A stretch of DNA of 64,000 bases from positions 544,001-608,000 of the forward strand of contig CAVSQW010000008.1 in NCBI GenBank assembly GCA_963730185.1, in the 5' to 3' direction. A program made the translations under genes and the position numbers. Origin of the DNA: an uncultured Gemmatimonadales bacterium (GTDB lineage: Bacteria; Gemmatimonadota; Gemmatimonadetes; Gemmatimonadales; GWC2-71-9). Under the pieces are notes generated by a model that was given only the letters and a program-made list of their open reading frames with translations, ran no database searches and was not told the origin of the DNA. Every line of letters starts with the position of its first letter. Within the stretch, counting starts at the first letter, position 1. Positions 57,882-64,000 of this stretch are shown here, piece after piece.

Positions 57882-59408
57882 TCAGTGCCGGAACATCCGT
57901 TTGCCGGTGAGAACCATCGCCAGGCCCAGCTGGTCGGCGGCCTCCACGACCGCTGGGTCGCGGACCGAGCCGCCGGGCTGAATCAAGGCCACGACCCCGG
58001 CCTTGGCCGCTTCCTCGACCCCGTCGGGGAAGGGGAAGAATCCGTCCGACGCCAGGACGGCATTCCGAACGTCGTGCTGGTGCTGGTTGGCCTTGTGAAC
58101 GGCCAGGAATACGGCGTCGACCCGGCTCATCTGACCGGCGCCGATGCCGATGGCCTGCTCGTTCCGGGCCAGGAGGATCGCGTTGGACTTGACCGTCGAC
58201 ACCGCGGCCCACGCGAAGCGGAGGTCGTTCCATTCCTCCGCGGTGGGTTTCCGCTGGGTCGGGACGGTCCAGTTGGTCTCGGCCCGGTCGAAAGCAAACC
58301 GGTCCTGGACCAGAAAGCCGCCCCGGACCCGCTTCCAGTCGAGGGTGCCGACGGCCTCGCCGACGGGGAGCTCGACCACCCGGAGGTTCTTCTTCTCGCT
58401 GAAGATGGCCATGGCCTCGTCGTGCACCGACGGAGCCACGATCACCTCGAAGAAGAGGTCGCGGAGCGACTCGGCCATGGCCCGGTCGACGACCGTGTTG
58501 CAGGCCACGATCCCGCCGAAGGCGGACAGCGGGTCGGTGGCCCGGGCCCGTTCCAGGGCCTCGAGCCCGCTCCGACCCACCGCGATCCCGCAGGGAGTGG
58601 TGTGCTTCACGATGCAACAGGCCGGGCGGTTCTTCCAGACGGCGACGGCGGAGGTGGCGGCGTCGATGTCGAGCAGATTGTTGAAGGAGAGCTCTTTCCC
58701 CTGGCGCTGGCTCAGGTCGCGGACCCCGCGCGGCTCTTCCGAGGCGTAGAGGGCCGCCCGCTGCTCCGGATTTTCGCCGTAGCGGAGCGACATGAGGCGC
58801 TCGATGGCGAGCGAGATCCGGGGCGGCAGGCCGTCCTCCGGCTCGGTCAGGTAGCTGGCGATGGCGGAGTCGTAGTCCGCGGTGTGCGAAAAGACCTTGG
58901 CCGCGAACGCCCGGCGCACCTCGCGGGGGAGCTCGCCCTTCCGGAAGAGGTCGAGCACCCGGTCGTAGTCGGTCGGGTCGACCACCGGCAGGCAGAACTC
59001 GTGGTTCTTGGCGGCGGCGCGAAGCATCGAGGGGCCGCCGACGTCGATGTTCTCGACCGCGTCCTCGAAGGAGACGTCAGGGTCGGCGATGGTGGCCTGG
59101 AACGGATAGAGGTTCACGGCCACCAGATCGAACGTCTTGATGCCGTGGGTGGCCAGCGCGGCCTGATGCTGGGCCGAGTCGCGCCGGGCCAGGATGCCGC
59201 CGTGGACTCGGGGGTGCAGGGTCTTGACCCGGCCGTCGAGCATCTCGGGGAAGCCGGTGACCTCCTCGACCAGGATCACGGGCACGCCCGCCTTCTTGAG
59301 CGCCGCGGCGGTGCCGCCGGTGGAGACGATCTCCCAGCCCAGGGCCACGAGACCACCGGCGAAGTCCACGATCCCGCGTTTGTCGCTGACGGAAATCAAA
59401 GCGCGCAT
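57882..59408 (-). CDS. purH: Bifunctional AICAR formyltransferase/IMP cyclohydrolase
   Basis: RALISVSDK, STGGT, GRVKTLHP, ENIDVGGP, RYGENPEQ, KHTTPCG, GAGQMSRVD, ASDGFFPF, QPGGS.RD, R.FRH. Confidence 0.98.
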   Translation of the reverse strand: MRALISVSDKRGIVDFAGGLVALGWEIVSTGGTAAALKKAGVPVILVEEVTGFPEMLDGRVKTLHPRVHGGILARRDSAQHQAALATHGIKTFDLVAVNLYPFQATIADPDVSFEDAVENIDVGGPSMLRAAAKNHEFCLPVVDPTDYDRVLDLFRKGELPREVRRAFAAKVFSHTADYDSAIASYLTEPEDGLPPRISLAIERLMSLRYGENPEQRAALYASEEPRGVRDLSQRQGKELSFNNLLDIDAATSAVAVWKNRPACCIVKHTTPCGIAVGRSGLEALERARATDPLSAFGGIVACNTVVDRAMAESLRDLFFEVIVAPSVHDEAMAIFSEKKNLRVVELPVGEAVGTLDWKRVRGGFLVQDRFAFDRAETNWTVPTQRKPTAEEWNDLRFAWAAVSTVKSNAILLARNEQAIGIGAGQMSRVDAVFLAVHKANQHQHDVRNAVLASDGFFPFPDGVEEAAKAGVVALIQPGGSVRDPAVVEAADQLGLAMVLTGKRMFRH

Positions 59409-59422
59409 GTCGATGACGATCG

Positions 59423-60034
59423 CTAGTGAGTGGTGAGTGGCGCGTGGGCCACCGTGAACGGTACGGCGCGACCCTCGGCGGCGGCGGCCAGCACGGCGGC
59501 GGGCAGCAGCCGATGCTCGACCTCGAGCACCCGGGCGGCCAGGCTCTCGGGGGTATCGTCCGGGAGCACCGGGACCCGGATCTGGCCGAGCACCGGGCCT
59601 TCGTCGTAGCGCTCGGTGACCAGATGCACACTGGCGCCGGACTCCCGATCTCCCCGGGCCAGCACGGCCCGGTGGACCCCGAGTCCATACATCCCGGGCC
59701 CGCCGTGATCGGGGAGGAGCGCGGGGTGGATGTTGATGATCCGGCCCTGGTAAGCGGCGACCACCGAGGCCGGGACCTGCTTCAGGAATCCGGCTAGGAC
59801 GACGAAATCGACCTTGGCCCCCTCGAGGGCGTCGAGCCAGGCCATGCCGTCGGCGGGGTCCTCGAGCACCAGGGTGGGCACCTCGGCCCGCCGGGCGATG
59901 TCGAGGCCGCCGGCCGAGGCCCGGCTGCTCATCACCAGCACCACCCGGGCCGGCCCCGGCTGGGGCAGGGCTTGGAGCAGCGCGGCCAGGTTGCTGCCGC
60001 GCCCCGAGATACAGACGGCAATCCGGATCGACAT
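59423..60034 (-). CDS. purN: Phosphoribosylglycinamide formyltransferase
   Basis: ISGRGSNL.AL, VLAGFLK, INIHPALLP..GG.GMYG..VH, SGASVH.V...YDEGP, EH.L.P. Confidence 0.95.
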   Translation of the reverse strand: MSIRIAVCISGRGSNLAALLQALPQPGPARVVLVMSSRASAGGLDIARRAEVPTLVLEDPADGMAWLDALEGAKVDFVVLAGFLKQVPASVVAAYQGRIINIHPALLPDHGGPGMYGLGVHRAVLARGDRESGASVHLVTERYDEGPVLGQIRVPVLPDDTPESLAARVLEVEHRLLPAAVLAAAAEGRAVPFTVAHAPLTTH

Positions 60035-60050
60035 AGCCCGCAAATATACA
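60035..60050 (-). promoter_or_regulatory. -10 element of a probable leaderless purN promoter
   Basis: TG-TATATT-TGCGGGCT-ATG, no SD. Confidence 0.6.
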
Positions 60051-60093
60051 GGCACGGAGCCTCGCCCGCGCGGCGCCGGATCATGACCCCTGC

Positions 60094-60642
60094 CTAACGC
60101 TCGGGCCCGAGCAGGCGCGCCGCGGCGGCGGGCAGATCGGCCACCACCGGAAAGCCTTCGGCCCGGGCCCGCTCGGCGTCTTCCGGGCGCTCCCCGGTCA
60201 GGACCAGCACGCCCCGGCCGCCCAGGGCCCGGGCCGGCTCGAGGTCGGTGACCCGATCGCCGATCCAGATCGAATCCGCCGGTGCCAGGTCGAGGGCGGC
60301 GATCGCGTCGTGGTAGTTGAGGAGGCCGGGCTTCCGGCACTCGCAGGGTCCGGAGACGTCGGGCGCGTGGGGGCAGAGCCAGGTTCCGGCCAGCGACACC
60401 CCTTCCGCCGTGAGCAGCTCGGCCATCCGCGCGGCGACGGCGTGATACTCGTCCCAGGTCACCAGCCCCCGGGCGATGCCCGACTGGTTGGTCACCACCA
60501 GCGGCAGGTAGCCGGCCGCCACGAACCGCCGGATGCCGGGGCCGACGCCCGGCACGAGCCGCACGGTGCTCGGATCGCGGAGATAGCCGGTGTCGACGAC
60601 CAGGGTGCCGTCGCGATCCAGGAAGAGGGCGGGCCGGCTCAC
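60094..60642 (-). CDS. gmhB: HAD-IIIA phosphatase, D-glycero-D-manno-heptose 1,7-bisphosphate phosphatase-like
   Basis: ALFLDRDGTL, VTNQSGIARG, CPH.P.....C.CRKP, IGDR..D. Confidence 0.88.
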   Translation of the reverse strand: MSRPALFLDRDGTLVVDTGYLRDPSTVRLVPGVGPGIRRFVAAGYLPLVVTNQSGIARGLVTWDEYHAVAARMAELLTAEGVSLAGTWLCPHAPDVSGPCECRKPGLLNYHDAIAALDLAPADSIWIGDRVTDLEPARALGGRGVLVLTGERPEDAERARAEGFPVVADLPAAAARLLGPER

Positions 60643-61994
60643 GAGGCGGCCGCCTGGGCCAGGGCCTCCGCGACGGCGTGATCGGCCTCGGGGGGGAGGG
60701 TCCGGGGGTCGATCAGCACCTGGTCGCGTTCGACCCGGGCCAGCACGCTGGGCTGGCCGAGCCGAAGCTTGAGGGCCAGGGTCGGCGCCCCGAGCGCCCC
60801 GGGATCGACGACGACGAGGGTGGTCGGAAGGTCCGCGTCGGGGAACGACCCCCCGCCCACGGCCGACCGGCCGGCCGCGAGCCGGGCGGCCAGCGGCGGG
60901 CCGATCCGCGCCGCCAGGTTCCGGGCCCGGGCCTCGAGGGCGGCGCGGTCGAGGGTGAGCATCCGGAGCACCGGGATCTCACGGCGGGCGGTCTCAGGGT
61001 CGCGATAGAGCGCGAGCGTTGCCTGAAGCGCGGCCAGGGTCAGCTTGTCGGCCCGAAGGGCCCGGGCGAAGGGGTTCTTCCGGAGGGCGTCGACCAGCTC
61101 CCGCCGACCCGCCACGAGCCCGGCTTGCGGGCCGCCGAGGAGCTTGTCGCCGCTCGCGATGGCGAGGTCGGCGACCCGCACCGCGTCGGGCAGACGGGGT
61201 TCGCCGGTGAGACCCCAGGGCGCCAGATCGAGGAGCAGCCCGCTCCCGACGTCATACAGGAACGGCACCCCATGACGCCGGGCCAGCTCGGCCAGCCGGG
61301 CCGGCTCGGGCGAGGTCACGAAGCCGCTCATCGCGAAGTTGCTCCGGTGCACGGCCAGGATGGCGCCGGTCCGCTCGCCGAGGGCTCGTTCGTAGTCGGC
61401 CAGGTGGGTCCGGTTGGTGGTGCCCACCTCGCGGAGCAGGGCGCCGCTCTTCTCGAGGATGTCGGGAATCCGGAACGACCCGCCGATCTCGATCAGCTCA
61501 CCCCGGGAGATGATCACCTCGCGCCCCTGGGCCAGGGCGTTGAGCGCCAGGACCAGCGCCCCGGCGGCGTTGTTGACGACCAGGGCGGCCTCGGCGCCGA
61601 CGATCTCGGCGGCCAGCGGGCCGCAGTGATCGAGGCGGCTCCCGCGGCCGCCGGTCGCGACGTCCAGCTCGAGGTTCCCATACCCGCGGGCGAGGCCGTT
61701 CAGCGCGTCGATCGCCGCCTCGGCGAGCGGGGCTCGGCCCAGATTGGTGTGGAGCACGACGCCGGTGGCGTTGAGCACCGGAAACAGGGACGGGGCCGTT
61801 CGCCGGGCGATCCGGTCGGCGATGTCGGCCGCCCAATCGTCGGGCACCGGACCTCGGCCGTTCCGGGCGGAGGCGACGGCTTCGCGGGCCGCGGCGACCA
61901 CGACGTTTCGGGGAAAGCGCTCGAGCAACGGCCGGACCTCGGGGTGGTCGAGCAGGCGATCGATCGCCGGGAGGTTCCGGCGGCGGTCGCTCAT
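60639..61994 (-). CDS. selA: L-seryl-tRNA(Sec) selenium transferase
   Basis: NATGVVLHTNLGRAPL, YGNLE.D...G.RG.R, VNNAAGA, SRGELIEIGGSFRIPDI, EVGTTNRT, SGDKLLGGPQAG, RALRADK, VGGGS.P. Confidence 0.95.
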   Translation of the reverse strand: MSDRRRNLPAIDRLLDHPEVRPLLERFPRNVVVAAAREAVASARNGRGPVPDDWAADIADRIARRTAPSLFPVLNATGVVLHTNLGRAPLAEAAIDALNGLARGYGNLELDVATGGRGSRLDHCGPLAAEIVGAEAALVVNNAAGALVLALNALAQGREVIISRGELIEIGGSFRIPDILEKSGALLREVGTTNRTHLADYERALGERTGAILAVHRSNFAMSGFVTSPEPARLAELARRHGVPFLYDVGSGLLLDLAPWGLTGEPRLPDAVRVADLAIASGDKLLGGPQAGLVAGRRELVDALRKNPFARALRADKLTLAALQATLALYRDPETARREIPVLRMLTLDRAALEARARNLAARIGPPLAARLAAGRSAVGGGSFPDADLPTTLVVVDPGALGAPTLALKLRLGQPSVLARVERDQVLIDPRTLPPEADHAVAEALAQAAAS

Positions 61995-63424
61995 CGCCGG
62001 CGGGGGCCGCGAAGGCCGCGGGGACGGCGGAGCCGGCCGGTGTCCGGTGGCGCGGGGCGCCGGGCGGCGGAATCGGGGCGGGCGCCGGTGGAGTCGGGTC
62101 GGGCCCGGCCGGAATCGGGGCGGGTGCGGCCGGAGTCCGGCTTGACCGCGGCCGAGTCGGCTTTGGCCGAATCCGGCGGGGGCTTGGGCGGGAGCGGCAC
62201 CTGGAGGCCGAGGAAGGCGTCGCCGGTGATCCCGCTGACGCTCCGCACTCCCTTCACGTCGATGACGTACTTGGCACCGGGGATCAGGGTGGTATCGAGC
62301 CGGATGTAGAGCTTGTCGTACAGCGGTGGCTTGGTCGTCAGCGGGGCCCGGTCCACGGTGTCGCGCGGGGCGGCCGGCCGACGCCGCGCGGCGCGGGCTC
62401 GATCGGCCTCGGCCTGGAGCGAATCGGCCCGGCGGATCGAGTCCTGCTGGGCCTTCTGGGCGGCGAGGACGGCCTTGGCGGAGTCGGACAGGGTGGCCGT
62501 GTCGGGCGCGGCCGACGGCTTGAAGGTCGAGTCGTACGCCGTCTGTGGCAGAATGGCCGTGACGGCCACCGGGGTGGAGTCGGGCAAGAGCCGAACCCGG
62601 ACCGAGTCGGCCGGGATCCGCTGGTAGGGGTCGATCTGCTGATTGAAGGTGACGACGATGGAGAGCGAGTCGTTCTTGGCCGCGCTCTGGAGCCGGGCCG
62701 CGACGGTGTCGTGACGGAACATCCAGAGCTCGCCGGCGCTGTCGCTGGTGGCGGCCACTCGGACGGTGTCGAACAGCTCGCGCGGGTCGAGCCGACGATT
62801 GTGGTTCTGGTCGATCACTCCGCCCACCAGGTAGGTGCCTTCCGGGAGGGGGCCGAAGTTGAAGCGGCCGCTCGAGTCGGACGTGGTCCGGTAGGTGAGG
62901 CTGTCGGGGAAGAGGGTGGCTTCGACCAGGGCCGCCGGCGCGGGCCGGGTGGTGCTCCAGTCGACCGTACGGCCCCGGAGGAAATGGGTCGGCACCGGCG
63001 CCCCGGTGGTGAAGGTGATCACCCGTCCGAGCTTGCTCCGGTTGTTGCGGAGGTCGGCGATCCCGGCGAGGAGCTCCACCCGGTAAACCCGGTTGGGCTG
63101 CCAGCCCTCCTTCGGCTTGACCGTGATCCGGCTCCGTCCCCAGTGGACGTGGGGAACCGCTTCGGTGGGGGAGACGACGATCAGCTTCTCGAGGTCACCC
63201 GTCCCCAGCCCGAAGTTGGGTGCGGTGCCTTCGGCCACGACCTCGTTGAAGACGAAGGCGGCGTCCCGGTCGAACTTGGGGTAGACGCCCATCGAGTCGG
63301 GGATCGTGCCGATCAGCACCGGCGGGGCGCGATCGGGCGGCCCGCCGGGCGGCTCGCCGATCTGGGCGCAGCCGGCGAGCGTCAGCATCGCGAGCCACGC
63401 GCCGGCGCGAGCTACCCGGCGCAT
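61991..63424 (-). CDS. Ig-like (Big_5-type) domain lipoprotein, D-S/T-rich
   Basis: Lipobox LAGC, CA....P.GGP.D..PP.....P N-terminus typical of Bacteroidota Ig-like lipoproteins, F.E.V, I.DL..N, F.TG, D.N.N...D; ATG at 63424. Confidence 0.8.
   Translation of the reverse strand: MRRVARAGAWLAMLTLAGCAQIGEPPGGPPDRAPPVLIGTIPDSMGVYPKFDRDAAFVFNEVVAEGTAPNFGLGTGDLEKLIVVSPTEAVPHVHWGRSRITVKPKEGWQPNRVYRVELLAGIADLRNNRSKLGRVITFTTGAPVPTHFLRGRTVDWSTTRPAPAALVEATLFPDSLTYRTTSDSSGRFNFGPLPEGTYLVGGVIDQNHNRRLDPRELFDTVRVAATSDSAGELWMFRHDTVAARLQSAAKNDSLSIVVTFNQQIDPYQRIPADSVRVRLLPDSTPVAVTAILPQTAYDSTFKPSAAPDTATLSDSAKAVLAAQKAQQDSIRRADSLQAEADRARAARRRPAAPRDTVDRAPLTTKPPLYDKLYIRLDTTLIPGAKYVIDVKGVRSVSGITGDAFLGLQVPLPPKPPPDSAKADSAAVKPDSGRTRPDSGRARPDSTGARPDSAARRPAPPDTGRLRRPRGLRGPRRR
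62057..62176 (-). repeat. Degenerate 21-nt coding tandem repeat (PDSxxxR heptads)
   Basis: Plus-strand units ggaatcggggcgggcgccggt / ggagtcgggtcgggcccggcc / ggaatcggggcgggtgcggcc / ggagtccggcttgaccgcggc encode PDSAKA-DSAAVK-PDSGRTR-PDSGRAR-PDSTGAR-PDSAARR. Confidence 0.8.
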
Positions 63425-64000
63425 CCGAGCCGTTCGCGCTTGCCCTGGAGGACCGCGGCCTGCTCCCGCCAGGCGGCGAGCTTGTCGCGCTCGCGCTGGA
63501 CCACTTCGGCCGGCGCCCGGCTGACGAATTGCTGGTTGGCGAGCTTCGTCTCCTGGTTGGCCACCAGCCCGACCAGCCGCTGGTGCTCTTGCCGGAGGCG
63601 GGCGCACTCCTTCTCGAGATCGACGAGGTCGCCGAGGGGGATGGCGACGGCGGTGCCGTCGGAGAGCACCGCGTGGGCGTTGTCGCCGTCGTCGCGGGCC
63701 TCCTCGGTCGTGGTCGAGATCTCGCTCACCTTGCCGAGCCGCTGGATGGTGACCCCGAGCTGCCGCACCGCGGCTTCCAGCTCGGGACCGGCCCCGGCCA
63801 GCCTGACCCGGACCGTCTGGGTTGGTTGGACCCCGTACTCGGCCCGGATCGAGCGGATCGCGCCCACCAGCTCCTGGAGGGCGCCGAACTCGGTCAGGGC
63901 CCGTTGGTCGCGAGCCCGGTCGTCGGGCTTGGGCCAGGCGGCGTGGCTCAGCGTGGCCTCGGGATCCCGGCCGGGCAGGTGGCGCCAGAGCTGCTCCGTG
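63412..64000 (-). CDS. valS: Valine--tRNA ligase, C-terminal part (5' end outside the window)
   Basis: TEQLW, A.WP, GAIRSIRAEY, L..LVDLEKE.ARL, KLANQQFVSRAPAEVV..ER.KL (ValRS C-terminal coiled-coil arm). Confidence 0.93.
   Translation of the reverse strand, partial: TEQLWRHLPGRDPEATLSHAAWPKPDDRARDQRALTEFGALQELVGAIRSIRAEYGVQPTQTVRVRLAGAGPELEAAVRQLGVTIQRLGKVSEISTTTEEARDDGDNAHAVLSDGTAVAIPLGDLVDLEKECARLRQEHQRLVGLVANQETKLANQQFVSRAPAEVVQRERDKLAAWREQAAVLQGKRERLGCAG

Noticed and set aside
59423..59450. Short GTGAGTG-type heptamer repeats (similar run near 39297-39320)
   Set aside because: Two to three degenerate copies only; too weak to call a repeat family.
60035..60093. ZMP/ZTP riboswitch upstream of purN-purH
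   Set aside because: Gap is too short, lacks the conserved GACUGGCG and CGCCUGGG elements, and holds a -10 box 8 nt from the ATG.

Overview
High-GC (roughly 70% by eye) bacterial chromosomal segment, most consistent with Gemmatimonadota (inferred from gene content and order, not from a database search). The backbone is housekeeping: rsfS, a DAK2-DegV fusion, rplI/DUF2232/rpsR/rpsF, ychF-hppA-pth-rplY-prs, ispE, pdxJ, mce, trxA, rsmI, dinG, gltX, purH/purN, gmhB, selA, valS and three tRNAs (Gln-TTG, Ser-GCT, Ser-TGA). Two accessory blocks sit downstream of tRNA 3' ends. The first is 12.4-18.1 kb (tricorn protease, M20 peptidase, lipoprotein). The second is 39.6-55.4 kb (peptide ABC permeases, M28 peptidases, glucosylglycerol synthase plus Na+:solute symporter, dps, ompW). 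Many genes at 13-19 kb and 31-43 kb, including essential gltX and ispE, carry single-base indels that look like assembly errors rather than pseudogenisation. No CRISPR array, integrase, transposase or rRNA was seen. The most interesting signal is a strong enrichment of D-(S/T)-hydrophobic motifs in exported proteins (23 in one lipoprotein, 0 in the adjacent SelA) near a DUF2723/TMEM260-type GT-C glycosyltransferase. This suggests a Bacteroidota-like general protein O-glycosylation system. Other candidates are a HAD-GT20 glucosylglycerol synthase with an apparent ATC start, a RadC/JAB-DinG fusion, an exported DUF4159-coiled-coil-TPR-Tat operon, a His-less pseudo-Hpt protein, barrel-less TonB plug proteins and leaderless promoters.
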